A program made the position numbers and the translations under genes. From positions 132,519-196,518 of the forward strand of contig JABIWH010000057.1 of NCBI GenBank assembly GCA_018701215.1: a stretch of 64,000 nucleotides of DNA. The letters are read 5' to 3'. Of the stretch, positions 30,218 through 40,592 are shown piece by piece; position 1 is the first letter of the stretch, and each line of letters opens with the position of its first letter. The DNA comes from Rhodospirillaceae bacterium (GTDB lineage Bacteria; Pseudomonadota; Alphaproteobacteria; GCA-2731375). The notes beneath the pieces were generated by a model. That model had not been told where the DNA came from. It worked only from the letters and a program-made list of their open reading frames with translations, and searched no databases.

Positions 30218-31126
30218 ATGGCTGACAAGAAAGCTCAGGACAGTGCCGATGATCCGCGCATGAACGTGGCCTTCCAGGGTCAATTCGGCGCCTATTCCCA
30301 TCTGGCCTGCAAGGAAGGCCTGCCCGGCTACAACCCCTTGCCCTGCCGCACCTTTGAAGATGCTTTCGCCGCCGTGACCGAGGGCCAGGCCGGGCGCGCC
30401 ATGATCCCGATCGAGAATTCCCTTGCCGGGCGCGTGGCCGATATCCATCATCTGATCCCAACCTCGGATCAATATATTATCGGCGAGCATTTCCAGGCCG
30501 TGAACCACCAGTTGATGGCCCCGCATGGCGCCACGCTGGATGATATCCGCGAGGTTCACAGCCATATCCATGCCCTGCCCCAATGCCGCAAACTGATCAA
30601 GGAACTGGGCATTGACCCGGTGGTGCATGCCGATACCGCCGGCGCCTGTGAGATGGTGGCCGAACGGGGCGACAAGTCCATTGCCGCCATCGGCTCCCCC
30701 CTGGCGGCGGAGATTTATGATCTGAATATTCTGCGCGAAAACGTTCAGGACATGGGCAACAATGTGACCCGTTTCATTATTCTGGCCCGGGAGCGGATCA
30801 CCCCGCATCCAAAAGACGGCCCCGCCATGACCACCGTGGTCTTTCAGGTCCGCAGCGTGCCGGCCTCGCTCTATAAGACCCTGGGCGGTTTCGCCACGGC
30901 GAACATCAATATCACCAAGCTGGAGAGCTATATCGAGCCGGGCAGTTTCGAACAGGCGCAATTCTATGCGGACTTCGAAGGCCATCCGGAGGATCAGCGC
31001 GTTGCCTGGGCCTTGGAAGAAGCGCAGTTTTTCTGCACCCGCCTGCAAATCCTCGGCACCTATCCGCGCCATCCATTCCGCCACGACAAGCGCCAGAGTT
31101 ATGAAGCCCCGCACGTGAAGGGTTAG
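30218..31126 (+). CDS. pheA: Prephenate dehydratase
   Basis: AFQGQFGAYSH, PIENSLAGRV, NVTRF, ACT domain with TKLESY. Confidence 0.95.
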   Translation: MADKKAQDSADDPRMNVAFQGQFGAYSHLACKEGLPGYNPLPCRTFEDAFAAVTEGQAGRAMIPIENSLAGRVADIHHLIPTSDQYIIGEHFQAVNHQLMAPHGATLDDIREVHSHIHALPQCRKLIKELGIDPVVHADTAGACEMVAERGDKSIAAIGSPLAAEIYDLNILRENVQDMGNNVTRFIILARERITPHPKDGPAMTTVVFQVRSVPASLYKTLGGFATANINITKLESYIEPGSFEQAQFYADFEGHPEDQRVAWALEEAQFFCTRLQILGTYPRHPFRHDKRQSYEAPHVKG

Positions 31127-31131
31127 GTGCG

Positions 31132-32172
31132 GTGCGGACCGCGCGTACCATCACGGTAATTGGCTGCCATGCAGAGGGCGAGGTCGGCCGGGTCATAACC
31201 GGTGGCGTGCTGCCACCGCCCGGCGAAACACTGTTTGAACAGCGGGAATATCTGCGCACCCAGAATGATGGCTTGCGCAAGTTTCTGCTGTACGAACCGC
31301 GCGGCGGCGCCTTTGTTCATACCAACCTGATCGTGCCGGCCAAGACGCCCGGCGCCGATGCCGGCTTTATCATTATGGAGCCGACGGATTATCCGCCCAT
31401 GTCCGGTTCCAACACCATATGCGTTACGACGGTGCTGTTGGAGACCGGCATGATCGCCATGCAAGAGCCCGAGACGGTGCTGCGCCTGGATACCCCCGGC
31501 GGTCTGGTCGAGGTGGTGGCGCAATGCAAGGACGGCCGCTGTCAAAACGTGCGCTTTCGCAATGTGCCCTGCTATGTGGTGCAACTGGATGCGGTGGTGG
31601 AGGTCGCGGGCCTGGGCAGCGTCAATTGCGATATCGCTTACGGCGGCGCCTTCTTCGCCATCGTGGACGCACCCAGCCTGGGTTTTGCCATTGTGCCGGA
31701 CGAGGCGCGGGAGCTGGTCGAGACGGGGGAGCGGATCAAGGCGGCGGCGGTGGAACAGCACCCGGTCGTCCATCCGGAAAACCCCGGCATCCACACCATT
31801 ACGTTCACCGAATTCACCGCACCCCTGGCCAAGGACGATACGGGCCGCACCGTGGGCCGCAACACGGTGGTAATTTCGCCCGGCAAGCTGGACCGCTCGC
31901 CTTGCGGCACCGGCAGTTCGGCGCGTTTGGCGGTGCTGCACGCGCGCGGACAAATCGGCCTGGATGAAAGTTTCGTGAGCCAATCCGTGCTGGGGACGGA
32001 GTTCCATTGCGGTGTTGCCGATGTTGGCGAGATTGCTGGGCAACCTGCCATCACGCCCAGCATCCGGGGCCGGGCCTGGATAACCGGCAGCCACCAATAC
32101 AGCCTGGACCCCGACGATCCGTTTTCCGAAGGTTATACCCTGTCGGACACTTGGTATCGGGCTCTGGATTAG
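31132..32172 (+). CDS. Proline racemase family protein (Ser/Cys catalytic pair)
   Basis: CHAEGEVG, EPRG, PPMSGSN and DRSPCGTG motifs. Confidence 0.9.
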   Translation: MRTARTITVIGCHAEGEVGRVITGGVLPPPGETLFEQREYLRTQNDGLRKFLLYEPRGGAFVHTNLIVPAKTPGADAGFIIMEPTDYPPMSGSNTICVTTVLLETGMIAMQEPETVLRLDTPGGLVEVVAQCKDGRCQNVRFRNVPCYVVQLDAVVEVAGLGSVNCDIAYGGAFFAIVDAPSLGFAIVPDEARELVETGERIKAAAVEQHPVVHPENPGIHTITFTEFTAPLAKDDTGRTVGRNTVVISPGKLDRSPCGTGSSARLAVLHARGQIGLDESFVSQSVLGTEFHCGVADVGEIAGQPAITPSIRGRAWITGSHQYSLDPDDPFSEGYTLSDTWYRALD

Positions 32173-32182
32173 GGCCTGATAC

Positions 32183-33109
32183 ATGGAAGTCTGGATCTGG
32201 ATACCGATCACCTTTCTGGCCGCCTTCATGCAGGCGGCGCGAACAGCCGGGCAAAAACATCTGACCAAAGATTTCTCCGCCGTCGGCGCGTCGTATGTGC
32301 GCTTTTTATGGGGTTTGCCGTTCGCGCTGGGCTATCTGTATTTCCTCAAAGAACGAGGCGACCATGAGCTGCCCGATGCGGAATGGCAATTTTTCGTTTT
32401 TGCGACTCTAACCGGCCTCTCGCAAATCGCCGCCACCATTTTGTTGGTCTATCTGTTTTCCCTGCGCAATTTCGCCATCGGCTCCACCTACGCCAGGACC
32501 GAAGCCTTGTTGACCGCTGTGGTGGGCGCAGTGGTGTTTCACGAGGCCCTGTCGGGCGGCGGCTGGTTCGCTGTCGGGCTGGGGGCATTGGGCGTGGTGA
32601 TCATCAATCTTGCCAGAACCGGAACAGGTGCCGGATCTGGCGCGGACGATACGTTGCTGCGGCGTCTGTTCCAGCCTGCCGCCGGTGTCGGCCTGGCCGC
32701 GGGCCTGGGCTTTGCCGGGGCCTCGTTGTTTCTGCGCCAGGCCAGCCTGGCCCTGGGTCTGGATGATTGGCTATATGGCGCGGCGCTGACCCTGGCCTTG
32801 GTGCTGGTGATCCAGACCGCCATCATGTCGGTCTATATCCTATTCCGGGCCCGCGATCAGATCGCCGCCATGGTGCCCAACTGGCGCGGCTGCCTGTTCG
32901 TCGGCATCACCTCGGTCATTGGTTCCGCCGGCTGGTTCACCGCCATGACCTTAGAACGCGCGGCCTATGTCAAGGCTCTGGGCCAGGTCGAGCTGCTGTT
33001 CACCCTGGCGCTATCGGTGTTGTTCTTCAAGGAACGCTCCACGCCCAAGGAACTGTTCGGCATGCTCCTGATCGCCGGCAGCATTATCGTGCTGTTGCTG
33101 TACGGCTAG
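32183..33109 (+). CDS. DMT/EamA family transporter
   Basis: About 10 TM segments; QAARTAGQK, RNFAIG, VKALGQVE motifs. Confidence 0.85.
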   Translation: MEVWIWIPITFLAAFMQAARTAGQKHLTKDFSAVGASYVRFLWGLPFALGYLYFLKERGDHELPDAEWQFFVFATLTGLSQIAATILLVYLFSLRNFAIGSTYARTEALLTAVVGAVVFHEALSGGGWFAVGLGALGVVIINLARTGTGAGSGADDTLLRRLFQPAAGVGLAAGLGFAGASLFLRQASLALGLDDWLYGAALTLALVLVIQTAIMSVYILFRARDQIAAMVPNWRGCLFVGITSVIGSAGWFTAMTLERAAYVKALGQVELLFTLALSVLFFKERSTPKELFGMLLIAGSIIVLLLYG

Positions 33110-34032
33110 TCCCCGCGCAACCAAGCCGCCGCCAACTGGTGCGCGATGGCCAGGGGTGCGGGCATGCGCAACTTGCTTTGATCCTGCCAGCTGTTGACCA
33201 TGTCGTGGACCTCATCGCGGGTGAACCAGCGGGCTTCCTCCAGCTCGTTGGTGTCCACGTTGATCTCGGTTGTTTCGGCATTGGCGAAACAGCCCATCAT
33301 CAGCGATGACGGAAACGGCCAGGGCTGCGAGAAGATATAGCGCACATCACCAACCTTGATGCCAGCTTCCTCGAAAACCTCGCGGCGGACGGTTTCCTCT
33401 ATGGTTTCGCCTGGCTCCATGAAGCCGGCCAGGGCGGAATAACTGTTCGGCGCGAAGATTTTTTGCCGGCCCAATAGGCAATTTTCGCCATCCAGCACCA
33501 GCATGATGGTGACTGGGTCTGTGCGCGGGAAATGCATGGATCCGCATTCCTCGTCTTCGCATTTGCGGGAATAGCCGGCCTCGCCCATTTCCGAGGGCTT
33601 GCCGCAGACCGAGCAAAAACCATGCCGGGCATGCCAATCCAGCATGGAGCGCGCCTGCGCCAGAATGGCGGCATCGTCCTGACTGCATGAAGCGGCGGCG
33701 CTGCGCACATCGACCCACTTGCCGTATTCCTGCAACGGCGCGTTTTCCCGGCGCGGGCCGGCGGCGGAGACATCAATGGCGAAATGCGAGACGCCGTTGA
33801 CCTGGCCCAGCAACAACGTGGTGGCGCCTTGGTTGAGAAAGCGCTGTACATCCTCCTTGCGGCACCAGCCGATGCGCAGATCTTCCCCCGGCATCATCAA
33901 GGCGCGCAATTGCCACATGGGCAAAAAGCAGGTCGCCGCGCCGTTCAATTCTTCTTTCAACCACTGTTCGTTGCGCCGCTCGTTGCCCATGCGGTTCAAG
34001 GGGCTGCCGGCGAAGGTGTTGATGAACTCCAT
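33106..34032 (-). CDS. nudC: NAD(+) diphosphatase
   Basis: Zn ribbon FCSVCG..C, FPRTDP, Nudix box GETIEETVRREVFEEAG, SQPWPFPSS. Confidence 0.95.
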   Translation of the reverse strand: MEFINTFAGSPLNRMGNERRNEQWLKEELNGAATCFLPMWQLRALMMPGEDLRIGWCRKEDVQRFLNQGATTLLLGQVNGVSHFAIDVSAAGPRRENAPLQEYGKWVDVRSAAASCSQDDAAILAQARSMLDWHARHGFCSVCGKPSEMGEAGYSRKCEDEECGSMHFPRTDPVTIMLVLDGENCLLGRQKIFAPNSYSALAGFMEPGETIEETVRREVFEEAGIKVGDVRYIFSQPWPFPSSLMMGCFANAETTEINVDTNELEEARWFTRDEVHDMVNSWQDQSKLRMPAPLAIAHQLAAAWLRGD

Positions 34033-34186
34033 AATCTGTCCGTCTTTTTCTGCTGCTGAAATCAAATTGTTGGCGCGAAGGGTGCCACATGCTGTGCCCA
34101 ACGGCAAATCAGCCATTGCGCCCTGGCCCCGCTGACGCGATTATGGCCGAAATAAAAAATGCCATCATTCAGAGCGGAATAAAATC

Positions 34187-35827
34187 ATGGAAACAACGGA
34201 AACACTCCGGGCGGATGTCTGGGTTATTGGCTCGGGAGCGGCGGGTTTGATGGCCGCCATCAAGGCGAAACTGGCGGGCGCCGATGTCGCCGTGGTGGGT
34301 AAAAGCGGGCCGGGCAAGGGCACTTCGACCACCTTCGCCGTCGGCGCCTTCGCGGGCCCTTGGGGTGGTATGTCGGAAGACGACTACAAGGAACGGGTGC
34401 TGACCGCCGGGCGCGGCCTGAACGAGACCGAGATGGTCGATATCGCGGCTTCGGAGGCGGGCGCGCGGTTCCAGGATCTGATCGATTGGGGCATGACCAC
34501 GAAATCCGCGCCAGGCGTCTTCATGGCCTTGCCCAAGGGCGATCCCGGCGACCGGGTCCCTGTCTGGGGCCGGGAAATCGTCCATACCCTGGTGGCCAAG
34601 GCCGAGGAAGTCGGCGTGCGCTTCGTCAACAACCTGGTGGTCCGCTCCATTGCCTCCGGTGAAGACGGCGTCTGCCTGTCCGCCTATGGCGCTAGGCAAC
34701 GGCAGTGGTTTGAGCTGCGCGGCGGCGCGGTGATCCTGGCGGCGGGCGGTGCCGGCGCGCTGTTCCTGCACCATGACAACCCAAAGCGGATCGGCGGTGA
34801 TGCCCATACCCTGGCCTACGAGGCCGGTTGCGTGATGCAGGATATGGAGTTCGTACAATTCTATCCCGTTGCCATCGCCGAGCCGGGTAAACAGATTTTC
34901 CTGATCGAACCCGAAGGCGCCGATCTGGGGCATCTGAGCAACGCGGTCGGCGAGGATATTCTGGACAAGTACAATATCACTGTGCGTCCCGCCGCCACCC
35001 ATGCCCGCGATGCATTGTCACAAGCCTTGTTCCAGGAGATCGAGGAGCACGATGGCGCGGTCTATATTGACCTGACCCACGTTACCAAGGAAGCATGGTG
35101 CGCCAACCCCATTTCGGCCACCAAATGGGCCTATCTGGATGCCAACTACAACGCCTGGAAGCAAAAACTGCGGGTCGCCCCGGTGGCGCATTTCTCCGGT
35201 GGCGGGGCGCGGACGGATGCCCATGGCGCAACGAACATTCCAGGCCTGTATGCGGCGGGCGAGGCGGCGGGCGGCATGCATGGCGCCAACCGTATGGGCG
35301 GCAACGCCCTGACCGAATGTCTGGTCTTTGGCCGACGCGCCGGCCTGGCGGCGACCGAATTCGCCGAGGGCAAGGACAAAGGCGTCAAGGCAGCGGCGCC
35401 GGCGGCATTGCCGGAAACCGGCGAACCGCAGGCGGATGCGGATGCCCTCCGCGCCGAGCTGTGCCAGATCATGTGGCAGTATGGCGGCATCCGCCGGGAT
35501 GCGGCGGGCCTGGCGACGGGTCTGGAAAAAATCCGGGCCATCGCGGCCCAGGCCACCCGGACCCGTGGCATCAACGAGCCGCGAAAACTGGAAAAATTCC
35601 TCGAAACTCAGCTTGCCGCCGGTGCCGCCGAGTTGATCATCCAGGCCGCCAGCCGGCGCGAGGAAAGCCGGGGTACCCACGCGCGGGCCGATTTCCCCAC
35701 CGCCGATGACGCTAACTGGCGCGGCCACCTCAAAGTTGTACGTCAGGCCGATGGTCCGGATTGGTGGTTCGATGCTCTCGCTGAGGATGGGGCGGGGGAC
35801 GCAAGCAACATTCAGGCGGCGGAGTAG
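34187..35827 (+). CDS. Stand-alone SdhA/FrdA/NadB-family flavoprotein
   Basis: GSGAAG, DMEFVQFYP, HFSGGG, HGANRMGGNAL, REESRGTH motifs; no Fe-S partner adjacent. Confidence 0.85.
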   Translation: METTETLRADVWVIGSGAAGLMAAIKAKLAGADVAVVGKSGPGKGTSTTFAVGAFAGPWGGMSEDDYKERVLTAGRGLNETEMVDIAASEAGARFQDLIDWGMTTKSAPGVFMALPKGDPGDRVPVWGREIVHTLVAKAEEVGVRFVNNLVVRSIASGEDGVCLSAYGARQRQWFELRGGAVILAAGGAGALFLHHDNPKRIGGDAHTLAYEAGCVMQDMEFVQFYPVAIAEPGKQIFLIEPEGADLGHLSNAVGEDILDKYNITVRPAATHARDALSQALFQEIEEHDGAVYIDLTHVTKEAWCANPISATKWAYLDANYNAWKQKLRVAPVAHFSGGGARTDAHGATNIPGLYAAGEAAGGMHGANRMGGNALTECLVFGRRAGLAATEFAEGKDKGVKAAAPAALPETGEPQADADALRAELCQIMWQYGGIRRDAAGLATGLEKIRAIAAQATRTRGINEPRKLEKFLETQLAAGAAELIIQAASRREESRGTHARADFPTADDANWRGHLKVVRQADGPDWWFDALAEDGAGDASNIQAAE

Positions 35828-36040
35828 TCATTGCACTATTTTAGGCACTTGTAATGCCGGGCATCCACGGGATGTCCAAGCGCAATTGTTATGCCGCTAC
35901 GCCACGCCGGCATCAGGCGTGGCCGGTTCCATCGCGCCGTGTCTCCATGCAATTCAACGAATGAAATTCGTAGATCGCTTCCCTACACATATCGCTACTG
36001 GCTATGATGATTGTTTGGGAATGAAGGAAAGAGCAGCGGC

Positions 36041-37531
36041 ATGACGGATGAACTAATCGCATTGAGCGCTTGTCAGGCAGTCCGGCGCCTGGAGGGGGGC
36101 GAGGTCTCGCCGCTGGAACTGATCGATGCGGCGGCGGAGCGGGTCGCCGAAGTTGATCCGCGGATCAATGCCTTGCCCACCCTTTGCCTGGACCGCGCCC
36201 GGGCGCATGCCGTGCGCCTTATGGCAGGTGATGGCCGGGAGGCGGCGGGCGAGCCGGGCTGGCTGGCCGGCCTGCCCGTAGCGATCAAGGATCTGATGGA
36301 TGTGGGCGGCGTGCGCACCACCTATGGCTCGCCGATTTTTGCCGACCACGTGCCGGTAGCGTCTCATCCCCTGGTGCTGCGGATTGAACGCATGGGCGGG
36401 ATTGTCATCGGCAAATCAAACACGCCGGAGTTCGGCGCCGGCGGTTCCACCTTCAACGAAGTCTTTGGCAAAACCCGCAATCCCTGGAATACCGCGTTGA
36501 CGCCGGCGGGCTCCACGGGCGGTGGGGCGGCGGCGCTGGCGGCGGGCGAGATCTGGCTGGCCCATGGCAGCGATCACGGCGGCAGCCTGCGCCGGCCCGC
36601 AACCTATACTTCCGTGGTCGGGCTGCGTCCGTCGCCGGGACGGGTGACGCGGGGCACCGTTAATACCATGTTTTCGCCCCTCTCGGTGCAAGGCCCCATG
36701 GCGCGCAACGTCGCCGATCTGGCCTTGTTCCTGGATGCCATGGCGGGGTTCTGCCCCACCGATCCCCTGACCTTTGACGCGCCGGCGGTATCCTTCAGCC
36801 AGGCGGTGGCGGAGGCGAAAGTTCCGCTCCGAATTGCCTATGCCGAGACCATCGGCGGCTCCCCCGTGGACAAGGAAACCCGCGATATCTGCCGTGAGGC
36901 GATGAAGATCTTCCAGACTCTAGGCGCCGAGGTCGAGGAAATCAGCATCGAAATCGACGATCTGGAGGGCACTTTCCTGGCCTTGCGCTCGCAGCAGTTC
37001 GTCATCGACCGGGAGCTGCAATTGCAAAGCCACCGGGAATTGATCAAGCCCGATATCATCTGGAATACGGAGTTGGGCCTGAAGCAGTTGATCTCGGATC
37101 TGGCCAAGGCCGAACGGGGTCGCGCCGTGCTCTATAGCCGTTTCGCCGAACTGTTCGGGCAATACGACCTGATCGTGACGCCGGGGGCCAATACCCCCGC
37201 CTTCGATGTCAATCTGCGCCACCCCGAGGCCATTGATGGCGTCAAGTTGGAGCATTACATGGCCGCATCGTTGCTGACGGCGGCGGTCACCCTGTCGGCC
37301 TCACCGGCATTGTCGTTGCCGTGCGGTTTCGATCAATTTGGCCGCCCGGTCGGCTTGCAATTGGTCGCCCCGCCCCGTGGCGAAGCGCCCTTGTTGGCCG
37401 CCGGCGCCCTGTACGAGGCGGAGAGCGGTTTGGACAAACAGCTGCCCATCGATCCGCGTTCGGGTACCGTGCCGCCCACGTCCGGGACCTATCCGTTTGA
37501 TTTGCAGGAAAGATTCAAGACTGGTTATTAG
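36041..37531 (+). CDS. Amidase-signature family protein
   Basis: PVAIKD, GKSNTPEFG, GSTGGG, GSDHGGSLR.P motifs. Confidence 0.92.
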   Translation: MTDELIALSACQAVRRLEGGEVSPLELIDAAAERVAEVDPRINALPTLCLDRARAHAVRLMAGDGREAAGEPGWLAGLPVAIKDLMDVGGVRTTYGSPIFADHVPVASHPLVLRIERMGGIVIGKSNTPEFGAGGSTFNEVFGKTRNPWNTALTPAGSTGGGAAALAAGEIWLAHGSDHGGSLRRPATYTSVVGLRPSPGRVTRGTVNTMFSPLSVQGPMARNVADLALFLDAMAGFCPTDPLTFDAPAVSFSQAVAEAKVPLRIAYAETIGGSPVDKETRDICREAMKIFQTLGAEVEEISIEIDDLEGTFLALRSQQFVIDRELQLQSHRELIKPDIIWNTELGLKQLISDLAKAERGRAVLYSRFAELFGQYDLIVTPGANTPAFDVNLRHPEAIDGVKLEHYMAASLLTAAVTLSASPALSLPCGFDQFGRPVGLQLVAPPRGEAPLLAAGALYEAESGLDKQLPIDPRSGTVPPTSGTYPFDLQERFKTGY

Positions 37532-37570
37532 TAGCTTGCGCATGCCGGGACAAAAGCGGATAAAGCGCGC

Positions 37571-37668
37571 GGAAGGGCGGTTACGGACGTACCGCTTGCC
37601 AATCCGGTCAGGACCGAAAGGTAGCAGCCGTAACAAGTCTGGTCCGGGTCGTTGACCGTTCTTCCACC
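37571..37668 (+). ncRNA. ffs: SRP 4.5S RNA
   Basis: Helix-8 motif CCGGTCAGGACCGAAAGGTAGCAGCCG; terminal pairing GGAAGGGCGG/CCGTTCTTCC; immediately upstream of dnaX. Confidence 0.93.
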
Positions 37669-37730
37669 TCCACTTTTTGCCGACGTCCGTTCCTAAAACG
37701 GCTCCAACATGCTAGCCTGTGCTTAGAGCC

Positions 37731-39656
37731 ATGAACGAGATTGATATGGATAGCGTGGTGCCGGGCGGCAACGAAGGTGCGTCAAAAGATGACGCCGCCT
37801 ATCGTGTCCTGGCGCGTAAATACCGGCCGCAAGACTTCAGCCAGCTGGTGGGTCAGGCGGCGCTGGTCCGCACCATCACCAATGCCATACGGGAAGAGCG
37901 GATAGCGCATGCTTTTATCCTGACCGGCGTGCGCGGCGTAGGCAAGACCACCACGGCGCGGATTATTGCCCGATCCCTGAATTGTATCGGTGCGGACGGT
38001 CAGGGCGGGCCCACGATTGAACCCTGTGGGGTTTGCGAACACTGCATCGCGATTGCCGAATCGCGTCATGTGGATGTGCTGGAAATGGATGCCGCATCGC
38101 GTACCGGCGTCGACAATATGCGGGAATTGTTGGAGGGCGTGCGCTATCTGCCCGCCTCGGCCCGCTACAAAATCTACATCATTGATGAAGTGCACATGCT
38201 CTCCACCGGCGCTTTCAATGCGTTGTTGAAAACTCTGGAAGAGCCGCCCAGCCACGTAAAGTTCATTTTTGCCACCACGGAAACGCGCAAGCTGCCGGTC
38301 ACCGTGCTGTCGCGCTGTCAGCGTTTCGATTTGCGTCGCGTGGGTGCGGAACTGCTGGTCAGCCATTTTGCTGGCATTGTCGAGGCCGAGGGCGCAACGG
38401 CGGAGGCGGAGGGGTTGAACCTGATCGCCGGTGCCGCCGAAGGCTCGGTGCGTGACGGTCTGTCCCTGCTGGACCAGGCCATCGCCCATTGCGGCGGTCA
38501 AGTGACGGCCAGCCAGGTCCGCGAAATGCTGGGTCTGGCCGACCGGGTGCGGATTTATGACCTGTTCGAGGACTTGATGAAGGGCGATGTGGCGGCTGCC
38601 CTGGGGCAATTGCGGGAGCAATATGACCTGGGCGCTGACCCCGAAGTGATCCTACGTGACTTGCTGGAACTGACCCATTTGCTGACCCGCTTGCAGGTCG
38701 CGCCCGAGGCGGGCGGCGATCCCGGCCTATCCGAGGTGGAACGGCAACGGGCCGAGGCCCTGGCGCAGGGGCTGTCCATGCCCGTGTTGGCGCGGACCTG
38801 GCAGATGCTTCTGAAGGGCCTGGGCGAGGTGCGCGGAGCGCCGTCGGCTTTGGCGGCGGCGGAAATGATCCTGATCCGTCTGGCCTATAGTACCGATTTG
38901 CCGAGCCCGATTGATGCGGTGCGCCAGGTTACCGGCAGCAAGGCCGTGTCCCAACCGGCGCCGTCAACCAGTACCCCGGCGAGCGCTGCGCCGGCACCTT
39001 CGGGATCGGTCGTAAACGTGGCGCCCACGCCAGTAGCCAGCGCCCCGCCCGCCCCTGCCAACGTTGCCACGGCGCAGATGGCTGGCGGTGCCGCCGCTTC
39101 GGCTCAGGTGCGGGCCATGCCCGAAGAGGTGCCGCAGGATGTACCTGATTACATCATGGAAGCTATCCCCGACCCGATCGAGGAACAGCCCGACGAGGTG
39201 CCGGAAATGGCCACGGCGGAGGATCTCGGCCAGGCGGAGCCTATCGCCATCGACAGTTTCGCCGCCGTGGTGGCGCGGGCGCGGGAGGCGCGGGAAGGGC
39301 ATCTGTATCATCATTTGATGGAGGATGTGCGGCTGGTGGAATTCCGGCCCGGACATCTGGAAATCCGTCCCGAAGACAACGCCCCGACGGATTTGGCCAA
39401 CAAGCTGCGCGCCAAGTTGGATGATTGGACCGGCGAGACCTGGGCCGTGGTAATCAATGCCCAGGCGATGGGCGAACCGCCCCTGGCCGCCCAACAACGC
39501 CAGGCGGAAGCCGATATTCTGGCCGACACCCAGGCCGACCCGCTGGTGCAGGCGGTGCTTGATACTTTTCCCGGCGCCAAAATTACCGATGTCCGCCCCC
39601 TTGGCGTCAGCGGCGATAGCGATGAGGCCGGCAAAATTTCGAATGGAGACGAATAG
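37731..39656 (+). CDS. dnaX: DNA polymerase III subunit gamma/tau
   Basis: [32 protein letters not shown] motifs. Confidence 0.97.
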   Translation: MNEIDMDSVVPGGNEGASKDDAAYRVLARKYRPQDFSQLVGQAALVRTITNAIREERIAHAFILTGVRGVGKTTTARIIARSLNCIGADGQGGPTIEPCGVCEHCIAIAESRHVDVLEMDAASRTGVDNMRELLEGVRYLPASARYKIYIIDEVHMLSTGAFNALLKTLEEPPSHVKFIFATTETRKLPVTVLSRCQRFDLRRVGAELLVSHFAGIVEAEGATAEAEGLNLIAGAAEGSVRDGLSLLDQAIAHCGGQVTASQVREMLGLADRVRIYDLFEDLMKGDVAAALGQLREQYDLGADPEVILRDLLELTHLLTRLQVAPEAGGDPGLSEVERQRAEALAQGLSMPVLARTWQMLLKGLGEVRGAPSALAAAEMILIRLAYSTDLPSPIDAVRQVTGSKAVSQPAPSTSTPASAAPAPSGSVVNVAPTPVASAPPAPANVATAQMAGGAAASAQVRAMPEEVPQDVPDYIMEAIPDPIEEQPDEVPEMATAEDLGQAEPIAIDSFAAVVARAREAREGHLYHHLMEDVRLVEFRPGHLEIRPEDNAPTDLANKLRAKLDDWTGETWAVVINAQAMGEPPLAAQQRQAEADILADTQADPLVQAVLDTFPGAKITDVRPLGVSGDSDEAGKISNGDE

Positions 39657-39658
39657 CG

Positions 39659-39979
39659 ATGAAAAATCTGAGCCAGATGATGAAGCAGGCCCAGGAAATG
39701 CAGGGCAAAATGCAGGAAATGCAGGCCCGCATGGAAGAGGTGGAGATGACCGGCCAGGCCGGCGCCGGCATGGTCAGCGTCACTTTGAACGGCAAGGGCG
39801 AAATGCGCGGCCTGAAGATGGACGCCTCTCTCAAGGATGGCGATATCGAGGTCATGGAAGATCTGATCATCGCCGCCCATAACGATGCTAAACGCCGGGT
39901 CGAGGACTATACCCAGGAAGAAATGAGCAAACTGACCGGCGGCCTGAACTTGCCCGACGGCATGAAGCTGCCGTTCTGA
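39659..39979 (+). CDS. ybaB: YbaB/EbfC nucleoid-associated protein
   Basis: [32 protein letters not shown]; lies between dnaX and recR. Confidence 0.95.
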   Translation: MKNLSQMMKQAQEMQGKMQEMQARMEEVEMTGQAGAGMVSVTLNGKGEMRGLKMDASLKDGDIEVMEDLIIAAHNDAKRRVEDYTQEEMSKLTGGLNLPDGMKLPF

Positions 39980-39998
39980 TTTCGGGCGTTAAACCGCT

Positions 39999-40592
39999 AT
40001 GACCGGCACTCAAATTGACCAGCTGATCCAACTGTTGGCGAAACTGCCCGGCCTCGGCCCCCGTTCGGCCCGCCGCGCCGCCCTGCATCTGATTGACCGC
40101 AAGGAAAGCTTGCTGCGCCCGCTGGCGCAGGCCTTGGGACAGGCCGCCGATACCGTCGCGCCGTGCGATATTTGCGGCAATCTCGACAGCGTGCAGCCCT
40201 GTGCCATCTGCCGCGACCAACGCCGGGACCCGAGCCAGATCTGTGTCGTGGAAAGCGTCGCCGATCTCTGGGCCCTGGAACGCTCCGGCGAATTTCGCGG
40301 CCGCTATCATGTTCTGGGCGGGACATTGTCGGCTCTGGATGGCGTCGGGCCAGAGGATCTGAATGTCGGCGCTCTGCTTGCCCGCGCCGGCGATGATGCG
40401 GTCGGCGAGGTCATTCTGGCCACCAACGCCACGGTGGATGGCCAGACCACGGCGCATTTCCTGGCGGAAAAGCTCTCCAACTGCAACGTCAAGGTCTCGG
40501 GCCTGGCGCACGGTGTGCCGGTGGGGGGAGAGCTGGATTATCTCGACGACGGCACCCTGGCTACGGCTTTGGGTTCGCGCCACCCGGTTTGA
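39999..40592 (+). CDS. recR: Recombination mediator RecR
   Basis: [11 protein letters not shown] HhH motif, C4 Zn finger, [16 protein letters not shown]. Confidence 0.97.
   Translation: MTGTQIDQLIQLLAKLPGLGPRSARRAALHLIDRKESLLRPLAQALGQAADTVAPCDICGNLDSVQPCAICRDQRRDPSQICVVESVADLWALERSGEFRGRYHVLGGTLSALDGVGPEDLNVGALLARAGDDAVGEVILATNATVDGQTTAHFLAEKLSNCNVKVSGLAHGVPVGGELDYLDDGTLATALGSRHPV

Noticed and set aside
37606-37630. SRP helix 8 reads ACC-GAAA-GGT instead of TCC-GGAA-GGA
   Set aside because: Still a GNRA tetraloop with a compensatory base pair; ordinary variation
38930-39240. Pro/Ala-rich then acidic low-complexity stretch in dnaX, and a possible gamma frameshift site
   Set aside because: Normal tau linker; no A AAA AAG or poly-A slippery site seen
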